Made by a program: the position numbers and the translations under genes. From Dictyostelium discoideum (Eukaryota), in the NCBI GenBank assembly GCA_000004695.1, contig CM000153.2, positions 3,936,001-4,000,000 on the forward strand: a stretch of 64,000 nt of DNA. The letters run 5' to 3'. Positions 1 to 11,679 of the stretch are shown in pieces. Position 1 is the first letter of the stretch; each line of letters begins with the position of its first letter. A model generated the notes under the pieces. The model saw only the letters and a program-made list of their open reading frames with translations, searched no databases and was not told the DNA's origin.

Positions 1-629
1 TAGTTTTCACAACGAAAATTATGAGAATTTAATCAATTTTTTTAATTTTTAATTTTTAATTTATTTTCATTTATACATTTTTGTGTCAATGCGGTTAGTG
101 ATCGATGTGTTTTGTGTGAGTGTGGTTTTTTTTTTTAGGATGGTATTGGAAAGTGAGAAATTGTAAAAAAAAAACTAAAAAAATTATTTATTTATTTTTT
201 TTTTTTTTTTAGTCAATTCCTTTGGGTGGTTTTTTTTTTTTTTTTTTTTTTTAATTCTTTTTATAACCTTTTTTTTGTTTTTAATTTATTTGATAATTAA
301 ATTTTAAAATATGAAATTAATTTAATTTTAAAAAGTTGATTAATTTATATATTTATATAAAATTTATAATTTTTTGAATTATGGTATTTTTTTTTTTATT
401 ATTTTACATTTGTTTATAATTTTTATTAAAACTTATTATTTTTTTAATTGTTTTATACTTGTAAAATGAGTCCATTTTCTTTTAAAGATAAAGAATGTCA
501 TTTATTTTTATGTATAATTGATAATGGATGTTTATATTTTAAAATGGTTTTCTCCATTGTGTACTTACTTGTCCAAAATTGCAAAATAATAGAGCAATAC
601 CCAAAAATTTATCTGTAATTTATTGGTAA

Positions 630-729
630 NNNNNNNNNNNNNNNNNNNNNNNNNNNNNNNNNNNNNNNNNNNNNNNNNNNNNNNNNNNNNNNNNNNNNNN
701 NNNNNNNNNNNNNNNNNNNNNNNNNNNNN
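630..729. other. Assembly gap of 100 N; the flanking sequence (about 730-800: cccttcccccca..., ggccccccaaattccccc) is atypical and probably low-quality read ends
   Basis: Run of n characters. The six-frame ORF 565-864 is spurious because it spans the gap. Confidence 0.99.
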
Positions 730-805
730 CCCTTCCCCCCATTTTTTTATTGTTTTTTCTTCCAAACTTTTTTGAAGGCCCCCCAAATTCCCCCTATATT
801 TAGGG

Positions 806-852
<47 letters not shown>

Positions 853-1494
853 AAAACCAATCAAAAAAACAAATTATTATTATTATATCTATTTATATAT
901 ATGTTGAATGTTTTTATTTTTTATTTTTTTATTTTTTTTTTTACATAACCAAAAGAAAACCTAATATTATTATAATTATTACTATAAAAGTTGAACAAAT
1001 TTCATTGGAATGGGGGAAGATAAACAAAAGATTTTATTAAATAAAAAAAATAATTATCAAATTAATAAAACTATTAAATACCAATTTATTATTCTAAAAA
1101 TAAATAGATAAAAAATTATTTGGAAAAAAAAAAAAAAAAAAAAAATGATTTAAAAAAAAAAATAATTTTTATTTTTTTTTAAAAAAAAAATAATGATAAT
1201 AAAATTTCCAATATAATTAATCAAATTATATATAATTATTATAATTAAATAAAATATATAAAAAAAACAAAATAAAATAAAAAAAATAAAAAAATATCTA
1301 TCTATAAAAAAAAAAAGTAAAGAGTGCAGCAGTTTGATTTTAAAAGATAATGATAGAGTGATGATGGTGATTTATATTTTTGGATACAATTAATAGATAT
1401 CTAATAAAAGTTAGTAGGTATTGTGTTTACCACTACTAGTGCTATTAATATTAATAATTACCACCAGTTGTCAACTACTATTTATTATTATTAT

Positions 1495-1529
<35 letters not shown>

Positions 1530-1637
1530 GTATTAGTAAATTTATTATTAATTTAATTTTTATTTATTTTTTTATTTAAATTAATTTTATTTTAATTTTA
1601 ATTTATTTTAGTCTGTATGAATTTTTTTAAAAGTGAT

Positions 1638-1685
<48 letters not shown>

Positions 1686-2160
1686 AAAAAAAAAAAAAAA
1701 TTATAGAAAGAAAATTAAATTAAAATAAAATAATTATATAAAAGATAGATAAATTTAATTTTAAATTATTAAAGGGGTTGATAATGTAATAAAATTAAAT
1801 TTTAATTGGGTTGTGTATTTTGGTTTTAAAATTATTATTATTATTATTATTATTATTTTATCATGGCTATAATTTTACTTTATTACTATCCAACTTTTTA
1901 TTTATATCATTATTTTTGATATCATGATACCCATACATATTATATATATATATAAATATATTATATAATTTTATTAAAAAAAAATGGAAAAAAAAAAAAA
2001 AAGAAAAATAAAATAAGACAAAACCATCTAAATTTTTTTTTTTATTTTTTATTTTTTTTTTAAATTTTTTTATTTATTTATTTATTTTGGATATTTGAAT
2101 ATCAAAAGTAGAACAACTTTTTACCTTTTCAATTATAAAACAAATAAAAAAAAAAAATAT

Positions 2161-2191
<31 letters not shown>

Positions 2192-2464
2192 AATATTGGG
2201 TGGTGTTTTTGTTAAAGAGAGTGGGAAAGGGATGAAAGGAGGTGTGTGATTATAATAAATAAATAAAAAAAATAAAAAAAAACATTGTGGGTTATAATTT
2301 TTTTATACATAAAACTTTAATTTCCAAAATTATATAGGTTAGTACGTACACACAAATGCACTTGTGTATTTATTTTTGAAATTAAAGATTGATGATTTCA
2401 CAGTACCAATACATATTCACACACTCACACCACTACCACAAGCACTCTTTAAATAATAACAACA

Positions 2465-2525
<61 letters not shown>

Positions 2526-3340
2526 AAAAAAAAAACAATTCTCCAAATTGATATTAGATATATTATTAAATTAATAATTTATTCTATGGTCTCAAAAAAA
2601 AAAAAAATATAAAAAAAAAAAAATAAAAAAATAAAAATAAAAAAAAAAAGTTTAAAAAAAAAAAAAAAAAAAAAAATGTAGTTTAAATAAGAAATAGCGC
2701 AAGTAAATTAAAAGATTTTAAATGTGTGTGTGTTTTACCATAAAATAATTTAGAAATTTCGTAAAAAGTACATTTTATAAATAGTTACATTTTGGAAAGA
2801 TAAGAATATATTAAAATATTTTATATTTTAAAGTATTAAAAAAATAAATAAAATTAATCTGTAGCTAAAAATAGGAAGAGTTTTTAAATAACAAGATCTA
2901 TCGGGAAATGAAAACGAATTTACAAATAAATTTTTGAACTTTAATTTTAACACTTTTACTTTTTTTTTTATTCTTTTATTTTTTTATTCTTTATTTTATT
3001 TTATTTTATTAAATTATTTCTTACAAAACATACTTTTGCTTATTTTTTTTTTTTATTTTTTTTTCCCCTTTATTATTCTTACAATCTTTTTTATTCACTT
3101 TATTATTTTAAAATACAGTTTAAAATTAATTAATATTAATTATTTATTGTATTTAAATATTATTTTTTTAATTTTTCCTAAATAATATAAAAGTAAAAAA
3201 ACAAAATAAAAAAAAAAAAATGAAATAAGACAAGAATATCAAAAAAAAAAAACTGTACACATGATTTAATTTAAGGAGTATTATATACAATTAACTGTTT
3301 TATTTAATGATGGTATTATTATAATAAAGTTTTAAACTTT

Positions 3341-3373
<33 letters not shown>

Positions 3374-3529
3374 CCCATAAAAATAAAAAAAAACAAATAA
3401 AAAAACATTAAAAAAAAAAAACACAAACCGACTTTCAACTCGATTGATAGATTCAATTGATTATTAAATTTACTAAAATTAATTTCTACTGACTATTGGT
3501 ATTGATTATTATTTTATTATATTGATATT

Positions 3530-3560
<31 letters not shown>

Positions 3561-3783
3561 TTATTATTTTTATTATTATTATTTGACATTTTATTATAAA
3601 ACACTTTTTATCTTTATGTTTTTTTTTTATTATTTATTTTTTTTTTGGTGTTTAAAAAAAATTTTTTTTTTTTTTTTTTTAGTTGGGTGTTTTTTTTTTT
3701 TTTTTTTTTTTTCTTTAATCATTTTTTTTTTTTTTTTTTTTTAATATATAATTAATTAATTAAATTAATTATTTTTTTTTTTT

Positions 3784-4347
3784 TTAAAATCTTCTTTCAC
3801 CTTTATTTGAACGATAATTATTTGAATTATTTGAATTATTTTTATCTTTTCTATTTGATTTAAAAGAAACGACACCAGAAGATAATGAAGCATTACCAGT
3901 GATGAATGCCCAATCTACAGATAATTTCAAACCAGCCAATTCATAACCTGAACCATTTTTAATTGCATCCTCAGCTTCAGATCTCTTTTCATATTCAATT
4001 AAAGCATAACCTTTTGTAAAACCTGTTCTTCTATCAATGTTTAAATGAATATTTTTAATTTGTCCATACTCTGCGAATATATCCATTAAATCTGGTTCTT
4101 GAACTTCCTCTTGAATATTTCTAACAAATATAATCCAACCTTCAATTGATTTCAATGGTTCTCCAACTTTATCACCACCATCATCATTTAATGAATGAAA
4201 TTCACCACCTTTACCTGAATATCTTTCACTTGAATCAATATCCATTGAATCACTATTATTTGCTCCACGACCTTTAATTTTACTTGGTAAAATACCTTTT
4301 CTTAAATCTTTTGTATATATTTTTTCAACTTCTTCTTTATCTGTCAT
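3784..4347 (-). CDS. RNA-binding protein Y14/RBM8A homolog (exon junction complex); single exon, 187 aa
   Basis: The translation has one RRM whose core (GWIIFVRNIQEEVQEPDLMDIFAEYGQIKNIHLNIDRRTGFTKGYALIEYE...GLKLSVDWAF) closely matches the Y14 RRM ([52 protein letters not shown]...). It has a basic/RS-like C-terminal tail. Confidence 0.85.
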   Translation of the reverse strand: MTDKEEVEKIYTKDLRKGILPSKIKGRGANNSDSMDIDSSERYSGKGGEFHSLNDDGGDKVGEPLKSIEGWIIFVRNIQEEVQEPDLMDIFAEYGQIKNIHLNIDRRTGFTKGYALIEYEKRSEAEDAIKNGSGYELAGLKLSVDWAFITGNASLSSGVVSFKSNRKDKNNSNNSNNYRSNKGERRF

Positions 4348-4350
4348 TTC

Positions 4351-4432
4351 TTATATTTATATTTATATTTATATTTATATTTATATTTATATTTATATTT
4401 ATATTTATATTTATATTTATTGTATTTTTTCT
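4351..4432. repeat. (ATATTT)n microsatellite, about 13 units, immediately upstream of the Y14 start codon
   Basis: Direct reading: ttatatttatatttatattt... Confidence 0.8.
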
Positions 4433-4844
4433 ATTATTATTATTATTATTCTTCTTTTCTTTTTTTCTCTTTTTTTTTTTTTTTTTTTTGTTGTAAACAC
4501 CTAATTATTAATATGCAATTCTAGTAGAATAAAATGAATAAAAAAAATAAAAAAAAAAAATTCAAATGAAATTCAAAAAATTAAAAAAAAAATAAAAAAA
4601 AATAAAAAAAAAAAAAAACTATTTAAACGAGTTGATGTGAGTCATATTTGTCTATTTTTATTTTCATTTTTTTTTTTTTTTTTTTTTTATATTTTCATTT
4701 TTATTTTTTTTTTTATTATTTTTTATTTTTTATTTTTTTTTTCTATAAAACACCCACCTATTACATAAATAAAATAATTTATATTTATAATTTTTATTTT
4801 TATTTTTTATTTTTATTAATATTAATTAATTAAATAAAATAAAA

Positions 4845-5717
4845 ATGTCAAGTCCAAAATTTGATTCATATGATTGGGAAAATGATCCAAATTGGAAAGA
4901 ATTTACAGGTACATCAACTTCAATTAATAAATTAAAAGAAGAATATTTTAAAAAGAATATTGATCCAAATTATAAAAGTAGTAATAATACAACCACACAA
5001 AGACCATCAACTTCATCATCATCAAGAACATCATCATCATCAACTTCATCACCAAGAGCAACAAGAGCAAAACCAACATTTAGAAGATTTTTATATGGTG
5101 CATGGGTGATTGCACAAATATCAGTTATACTCTTTACATTATTTTATTTTATTAGCGGTAATCCATATTTCTTTTACAAAGCATTATTAGGTGCAACCAT
5201 TGCCTATTCAATACCAATTTTCAATACATTTGAAGGACGTAAACCTGATAGAGCATTGGCAGCCCAATTGGTGCAAGATGAGAATGCTCAATTCGTATTC
5301 TATTGTATGATTTTCTACTTTTTTGGTAGTTCATCATTGGTTTATCTTTTACCAAATTTCATTTACTCCTTCTTTCATATGTTGAAAATTGTGATTCCCT
5401 ATACATCAAGTGTACCATTCATAAAGAATCTTTTAGAGAAAGTTAATTCTACCAATGCCAAAGCCATTGATTTCGCAATTAGTGTCGAGATTAACATTGT
5501 TTTAATCGCTTTCTTTGGTATTTTCTCCTCATTTTCAAATATTTTATTGGTTTTCATTTATTTCCGTTACCTTAAATTACGTTATCAATTCTCTCAAAAA
5601 ATTAAATCAAAGATTAATGAATACAGTCAAATGGTTGATCAATTATCTGCTCATCCAAGTTGTCCTACCTTTATTAGAAATATTATCCCAAAAATTAAAA
5701 TGGTCTTATCTCGTTAA
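4845..5717 (+). CDS. TMEM33/Tts1/Pom33-family (UPF0121) ER membrane protein, 290 aa, single exon
   Basis: Multi-pass hydrophobic protein. The C-terminal block FIYFRYLKLRYQFSQKIKSKINEYSQMVDQLSAHPSCPTFIRNI aligns to human TMEM33 FIYYRFLTLRYSSRRNPYCRTLFNELRIVVEHIIMKPACPLFVRRL. Confidence 0.8.
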   Translation: MSSPKFDSYDWENDPNWKEFTGTSTSINKLKEEYFKKNIDPNYKSSNNTTTQRPSTSSSSRTSSSSTSSPRATRAKPTFRRFLYGAWVIAQISVILFTLFYFISGNPYFFYKALLGATIAYSIPIFNTFEGRKPDRALAAQLVQDENAQFVFYCMIFYFFGSSSLVYLLPNFIYSFFHMLKIVIPYTSSVPFIKNLLEKVNSTNAKAIDFAISVEINIVLIAFFGIFSSFSNILLVFIYFRYLKLRYQFSQKIKSKINEYSQMVDQLSAHPSCPTFIRNIIPKIKMVLSR

Positions 5718-5880
5718 TTAAAATAAAATTCTTAAAATTATAATAAAAAAATTATATTGATCTATAAAAAAAAAAAAAACAAATTGAATAATTATTTTTA
5801 TATAATACTAAAATGGGTATCATAACGAATAGATCAACAAATACTTATTTGTATATTTTGTAATGAAAGCTATAGTTTTT

Positions 5881-6366
5881 TTTTTTTTTTTTTGTTAGTT
5901 GCTCCTTGAGATAATTGTTTTAGGATTTAAATAGTGGTTTGATTTTTTTTGTGTAATCAAGATGGGAATAGTGGTTTGAATATAGAAAAAAATTTTCAAA
6001 ATGTAATAATCGCGAATAATTAAGCGACATAAATTAATATATAAAGTTTTTATCCCTGGTAAATTACAAATATGGAAATAAATCTGTAACTGAAAAGATG
6101 TTAACAAATACAAGATTCTTAATTTATTCTCAGAAATTTTACCAACGGTTTCTTTAGTAAAATTAATTTTACTGTAAATAGTAAAATAAAATAAAAATTA
6201 TTTCATTGTTGTTTTATTCCAAATTGTGCACAAACAAAACTTATAAGTAAAAATTTATTACATATAAGTTTATATATGAGATATAATATTATTTATTATT
6301 TATTATTAATTATTTCTGTGTGTTTAAGGGTATTATATAAGTATATACAAAAGTATTTCATAGGAA
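5881..6366 (-). mobile_element. Internally deleted TRE5-like retroelement fragment: a 5' segment of about 370 bp plus a C-module-like 3' end with oligo(A). Its 5' end lies about 40-48 bp upstream of tRNA-Asp and it points away from the tRNA.
   Basis: The plus strand shows poly-T at 5881-5893, followed by a minus-strand motif ...atctcaaggagcaactaac that resembles the C-module motifs at 10340, 14190 and 14960. Positions 5985-6365 are about 90% identical, inverted, to 14240-14610. The position and orientation relative to the tRNA fit TRE5 behaviour. Confidence 0.5.
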
Positions 6367-6403
6367 TTGGAATACGACGTTAATTACAAAAAAATATCAC
6401 AAA

Positions 6404-6475
6404 TCCTTGTTGGTCTAGTGGTGAGGATTTTCGCCTGTCACGCGAAAGGCCCGGGTTCAATTCCCGGACAGGGAG
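6404..6475 (+). tRNA. tRNA-Asp (anticodon GUC), 72 nt
   Basis: Cloverleaf read directly: acceptor TCCTTGT/ACAGGGA, anticodon loop CTGTCAC, B box GGTTCAATTCC, followed by a CTTTTTT pol III terminator. Confidence 0.92.
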
Positions 6476-6479
6476 CTTT

Positions 6480-8335
6480 TTTAAAAAAACATAAAATCCG
6501 AACTTCGTAAAAAGAAATTCAACCAGATGTGATTAGATATTCATGCATACTATTATTTAATAAAGAAGATGATATCTCAATCATTAAAACAAACATTGAT
6601 GCTATAAAAGGTAGTAAGCATCCAATAAGAGCCTTCATCTCTGAATATAACAATAAAGAAATAAGAGATGTTAGAAAAAAAAAAAACACAAGTAATAAAA
6701 ACCAACAACTACAAATACAACTAAATCAATACCATCAACTCCACCAACAACTAATGCATCAACAACCACACCAATAACAACCACACCAATAACAACCACA
6801 CAAACAACAACCACACCAACAACAACCACACATCAATTACCAACAAGCAATACAACAATCTACAACCTAAACAAAACTACTACTACTACTACTACTACTA
6901 CAAAACCTATCAATAAAATTACTACAAGCAATGGTACCAAGTTTCCAATTGCCAGTAGTATTAGAAAATAATGGAACAATTAAAATTATTACTATGGAAC
7001 TGCAGAGGTAATCAATCAACCAACGCTAAGAATAAAACAGAAGAAACGATAAAAAGAATTGGCACTCAATTAGCACTCCTAACTGAAACTAATTTCAATG
7101 GATTCAACCACCACAAAACAATGTTCAACTTTGAAAGAATAGATCATGGTTCAGGTAAAGGAACTGGCATAGCAATAAAAAATAGAGATACAAGAAAAGG
7201 CCACATATCAATAAACTTCAAAGACGATGATGGTAGAATACTATCAATTAAATACAATTCCTTTAATTCTATCAACATATTATTGATCTATGCTCCAGCG
7301 ACTATATCTGAAAGAAACACCTTCATAATCAACTCAAAATCACTGTTTAAAAAATATAATTCAATCAACCATCAAATAATAGCAGGCGACTTCAATAACA
7401 ACCACGATTGCAACAGCTTCTTCGGTACTGAATTACGTAAAATAATAGACCAAGACATGCTACTAGATACTGGTATTGAAGAAAACACTCCAACATTTCC
7501 AAGATCAATGAAGAGACTAGATAGAATCTACTGTCATCCAACACTACTAAACCAAAATTCAAAACTGGTAGTCCACAACACAGTATTTAACAAATCAGAT
7601 CACTTTCCCATCACAATCACAATACAAACCAACAGTGAAACAACAACAACAACAACAACCAAACTAGAAAGACTCCCTTGGACATTATGTAAAGAAATTC
7701 TCAACAACAAACATATACATGATGGGTTATCAGAATTAATCAGTAAGAACAAAGATAAGATCAAATCAGTGGAGGAATGGACGAAATTTAAAAATAATGT
7801 CATCAGAGATTATTTAAAAAAAGAACAAAACAAAATAAAGAAAGAAAAGAACAAAAGAAAATACGTAATCCACAAATTACTTGGAAATAGTGATATCATT
7901 CCAAAGATGAGAAAAGAACTCAATGAAGAAATAAGTAGAATATTAGAAGAAGAAAGAAAGGTAAAAGCATGGGATATCAAATTAAAACTCCACCTGCATC
8001 AAGAAACACCAAGCAAATACCTCACAAGTATCCTTAAATCCAGAGCCAAAGATAAATCAATATTCCAAATAAAAGATAAAGATAATAAGACCATATCAGA
8101 TAAAGAGAACATAGCAAAAAGATTTGTTGAATTCTATCAAGATCAATATGAAGAGAAAGAAGATAACGAAGAAACCCACAAGAAGTTATTAGAAAAATGG
8201 GAAGTAGACGTTGATTTAATCAAGAAACTCGAGATAGACAGACCGATAAGAATACATGAAGTGACCAAAGCAATCAAAACTTCAAGTATCCACAAATCTC
8301 CAGGTTTAGACGGTATCAATGCACTATTCTACAAG
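6480..8335 (+). mobile_element. TRE3-like tRNA-targeted non-LTR retrotransposon, 5' portion. Short ORF1 (6529-6777) with a Thr-rich tail, then ORF2 (6971 onward) with an APE-type endonuclease and the start of the RT domain. The element runs into the assembly gap.
   Basis: It starts within about 50 bp downstream of the tRNA-Asp 3' end, in the same orientation. ORF2 begins MEQLKLLLWNCRGNQS...LALLTETN...HFPITITI (AP-endonuclease fold), and the RT onset is ...SPGLDGINALFYK. This is the classic TRE3 placement downstream of tRNA genes. Confidence 0.7.
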
Positions 8336-8435
8336 NNNNNNNNNNNNNNNNNNNNNNNNNNNNNNNNNNNNNNNNNNNNNNNNNNNNNNNNNNNNNNNNN
8401 NNNNNNNNNNNNNNNNNNNNNNNNNNNNNNNNNNN
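8336..8435. other. Assembly gap of 100 N between two converging retroelement copies
   Basis: Run of n characters. Confidence 0.99.
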
Positions 8436-9620
8436 GAGGTCATGTTAGGAGTCTTCTCTCTGTTTTCCGAGGATGAATGGATGTTAGTGCTCGTTTTGTT
8501 GGCATTGTCTTTTTGGATGGCGTTGGATGTTGTGGTAGTGGTTGTGGTGGGTTTGACAGATTGAGATTCTGCTTGGTTTTTGGGGGGAAGAGGTTGAGAG
8601 GATTTTTTTGATTGGGCTCTTTTCTCTTGGGTTGATTGTTTATCAGACTTATTGTTTGCTGGGTTGTTTGTTTGTTGTTGTGGTTTTGGTTGAGAGGATT
8701 TGATTGCTATCCTGTTTTGGATGTTGGGAGGATCATCTGTCATCTCATCTTCTAATGGTTCTTCCGTGTTGTTTGACTCTACTTTCTTATTTTTCTTTTG
8801 TGAGGAGTAGGTTTTGGTGGCCGTTCTGATGGTAAAGTTGGCGATTTCTGTATTGTGTTGGCCAGATTTCATTTGATCGCCTATTTTGCATTCTATTAGA
8901 CCGAATACTAGGAGGTGGTCGGTGGAGTATATAGTATGGTATATTGCATAGGGTATTTCTTCTGCAAAGGCAGTTTTGATGAGGGCATCCACTATTCCTG
9001 CCTTTTCTCTTGGAATTCTTACTCTTCCTGTGAGGACGTGGTAGTCTCTACTGGAGGTGATGAAGGTTCCCAATTTGCTTCTATCTCTAATGATATTTAG
9101 GAGAGATTGTTCGTTTTTAATCATCAGGTGGATCGTTTTTCTAGTTCCTTTGCCTATGTATATCTTGTCGATTGGGATATCGTAGTTTGAGAGTGTTTTT
9201 CTCATTTCTTCTAACCCCATGAGATCCATTTTGGGGAATTCGAGTGTAATTGGGTAGAATCCGTTGTTTTTCTCGTAGGTTGAGAGAGCAGTCATGTTCA
9301 ATATGGTCTCGCAGTATTTGGAGATGTCTTTGAGGCCTATTGATAATTTGGGGTAGGTCTCCTTTATCTCTGCTGTTTTTGTGGAGAATTCCTTAATGAA
9401 GTTCTCTGATGCCTCGTCCATATGGGTGGAGGGGTTGGCCATTTTAGCCGCGTCTGCGTAGGAATTCATCTCGATGGGATTCCTTTGAATCGGCGATTTG
9501 GTAAATTAGATCTGTAGATCGTGGTGGATTGGTGATTTTTTTTGAAAGATTGGTTAAAATTGACCGAGATTAAGGATAGAAAAGGATGAATTACTTTTCA
9601 CGTGTATCTTGTATCCTCTT
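8436..9620 (-). mobile_element. Second TRE-type element on the minus strand: ORF1 (9469 down to the gap, more than 340 aa) plus 5' UTR. Its 5' end is about 100 bp downstream of tRNA-Ser.
   Basis: The long ORF MNSYADAAKMANPSTHMDEASENFIKEF...TTTTTTTSNAIQK has Gln/Thr/basic-rich low-complexity typical of TRE ORF1 proteins. It is placed and oriented as for TRE3 (downstream of the tRNA, same strand). Confidence 0.6.
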
Positions 9621-9722
9621 GATCGCGGTGCGGTTTTTTTGTTTATCGGTTGGAATGTTGATGTGTTTGTTAAAAACCGAACTTCCTAAAGTATCAAAAT
9701 ACTTTACATCATATAAAATAAT

Positions 9723-9804
9723 CGACATCGGCAGGGTTCGAACCTGCGCCTCCTAGGAGATTTGATTTCAAGTCAAACGCGTTAGACCACTTCGCTACGA
9801 TGTC
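9723..9804 (-). tRNA. tRNA-Ser (anticodon UGA), 82 nt with long variable arm
   Basis: The reverse complement folds as GACATCG...anticodon loop CTTGAAA...variable arm TCTCCTAGGAGGC...T arm GCAGGTTCGAACCCTGC...CGATGTCG. Confidence 0.88.
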
Positions 9805-9854
9805 TTTGATGAAATCGTGTAAAAAAGTTACTTAATAAAATTAAAGATATTAAA

Positions 9855-10395
9855 TAAGCATATTTATTAATTATAGTTGACACATTTAAATAATATAATA
9901 ATAATAATAATAATAATAAAAATGCACGTAACCTTTTTTAATTTTCGCATGGGCAAAAACATTAACAAACTAATCAGAATACGAACAAACAACCAAGGAG
10001 ATGAAAAGAAACAAACACAAACAATCTCAAGAGCACTCCAATATTTCAGCAAACAATGGAACTCCCCACTCAACAAATCAAAATTACCACCCCACTTAGA
10101 CCAATTCATCACTACCATTAACACACTCTTTGGGTAAAAAATTAAATAAATAAATAAATAAATAAATAAATTAATAAATAAATAAATAAATAAATAAATA
10201 AAAAAACAATAATAAGAATATTATAAACAACAAAAATAATAGCAAGATAAAAAAAAAAAAAAAAAAAAAAAAAAATAATAAGAAAAAAAAGAAACTAACC
10301 CCCTCTTTCAGATGCCCTGTAAATATGTTACAAATAAAATGAGATCTATCATCTCAAGGAGAAGCAACTCAGAATTGAGCTATTCAATTCAAAAA
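9855..10395 (+). mobile_element. Heavily deleted TRE5-A-like fragment about 50 bp upstream of tRNA-Ser (head to head with it), ending in C-module plus oligo(A)
   Basis: The C-module motif aaaatgagatctatcatctcaaggagaagcaactcagaattgagctattcaattcaaaaaaaaa at 10335-10395 recurs at 14168-14235 and 14947-15010. The ORFs in 9867-10137 are probably non-genic. Confidence 0.5.
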
Positions 10396-10442
10396 AAAAC
10401 TTTTTTTTAATTTGGAAAAAATGGGGTAGAAATTTTAACCAT

Positions 10443-11271
10443 TTAAAAAAAAGACCATAACAGATAACTGTCCCAATCCATAAAAGTTTTTCCATATGCT
10501 TTTGCAATGTCAATTGATGGTGTTGAGTATATACCTTTCCCATATGCAAATCGGGTACATTTAGATAGTTGATAACCTTCTTTAGCTATTGAACTACACG
10601 AAATATCATTTGTACCATGGTATGAAACTAACCATTCATTTGGACCATTACAATGTCCTAGCCAAGTTTTTCCATCAGTTTCTGTGTTATATTTGTTTAC
10701 ATTTAATGCAAATCTCATCCAACCACATGGGCGAGTATATATATACTTCACTACCACGATAATGAACAATTGGATCTTTAATGTTTCTAAAATCAAAATC
10801 AAATGATGGCGAAGTAAAACCATCATTAATGAAATAAATAAAACTGGTACCACCTCCTTTTTAAACCAATTTCCATATGAATAGTTGATCCAAAGGTAAT
10901 GTTATAATCTGAAATTATATGACCATCTTCAAGTTTTTCCCCTCGATAAAATAATGTTTGAAATCTTACTGGTAAATCAATTTTATAACGAATTTTTTCT
11001 TTTAAATCTTTATCCAATTCAGATTCTTTAACTTGAAGCCAAAACGATTCACCATTTAATGTCTTTATGATGATATTTGTTCTAATTTCTATTCGATTAA
11101 TATTGCTAAGATCTGTATTGCTGGCTCATCCATTTGCAAAAAACGTTTATGAAAAGATTCAGTCTCTAAACCAATAAAACTATACCCCAAATAATTTTTC
11201 TTTTCACTTTCATAAATAACCAAATGATTAAAAATTGCTGATAATCCGAGAGTTAATAAAGATTTATCCAT
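10443..11271 (-). pseudogene. Frameshifted, 3'-truncated paralog of the Ubl/PARP-like gene at 35817-36755
   Basis: Three overlapping minus-strand ORFs in different frames are collinear with the intact gene: N-terminus at 11089-11271 (MDKSLLTLGLSAIFNHLVIYESEKKNYLGYSF...), ubiquitin-like segment at 10826-11017, and ART segment at 10443-10853 (YTRPCGWMRFALNVNKYNTETDGKTWLGHCNGPNEWLVSYHGT...GKGIYSTPSIDIAKAYGKTF). Homology ends around 10475, next to the TRE5 fragment. Confidence 0.75.
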
Positions 11272-11330
11272 TTTATCAAAAAATAGTAATAATATAAAAC
11301 TAAATTTTTTAATTTATAAAAATTATTCTA

Positions 11331-11519
11331 ATTTTAAATTGTTTGAGTCTTATTTTGGAATAGATCTATTCTTCAAACTCACTTGCCCAACTTTGACATA
11401 TGTGTTCAACAAAAAAAAATAAGTAAATAAAAAACTTTAAATTTAAAATTGTTAGAGTCCTTTTTTGGAATAGATCTATTTTGCAAACTCACTTGCCCAA
11501 TTTTGACATTTGTGTTTAA
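11331..11519. repeat. Two tandem copies of an upstream element of about 78 bp (11331-11408 and 11441-11519); a third partial copy sits upstream of the intact paralog at 36991-37062
   Basis: Consensus ttttaaattgtt.gagtcc(t)tttttggaatagatctatt.t.caaactcacttgcccaa.tttgacat.tgtgtt.aac. Candidate promoter or UAS for this gene family. Confidence 0.5.
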
Positions 11520-11679
11520 CTTTTCTTACAATTTTTTTTTTTTTTGTCATCTTTATTAAAAAAAAAAAAAAAAAAAAAAAGGAAATTGAGCTGTGTAACT
11601 CCTTTTTTTACAACCATCTCTAAATCTCCAACATTGGATTGTGAATTTAAAAATTATTTCTTTTTTTTTATTTTTAAAA

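Noticed and set aside
565-864. 99-aa ORF on the minus strand
   Set aside because: It spans the 100-N gap and poly-A/poly-T runs, so it is an artefact of gap translation.
2934-3185. Phe/Leu/Ile-rich 83-aa ORF; similar ORFs at 4284-4496, 4648-4833, 26653-26958, 27841-28062, 45323-45912
   Set aside because: These are translations of AT-rich or homopolymer intergenic DNA (poly-F/I/L/K). They have no protein-like composition and no splice context.
6495-9690. Shared motif aaaa(t)ccgaacttcNtaaa near both tRNA 3' flanks as a possible extragenic B box
   Set aside because: It does not match the B-box consensus well in either orientation. It is more likely part of the adjacent retroelement 5' ends or chance similarity.
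9867-10137. Overlapping plus and minus ORFs (85 and 86 aa)
   Set aside because: They lie inside a deleted TRE5 fragment between the tRNA and the C-module, with Ile/Asn homopolymers, so they are not credible genes.
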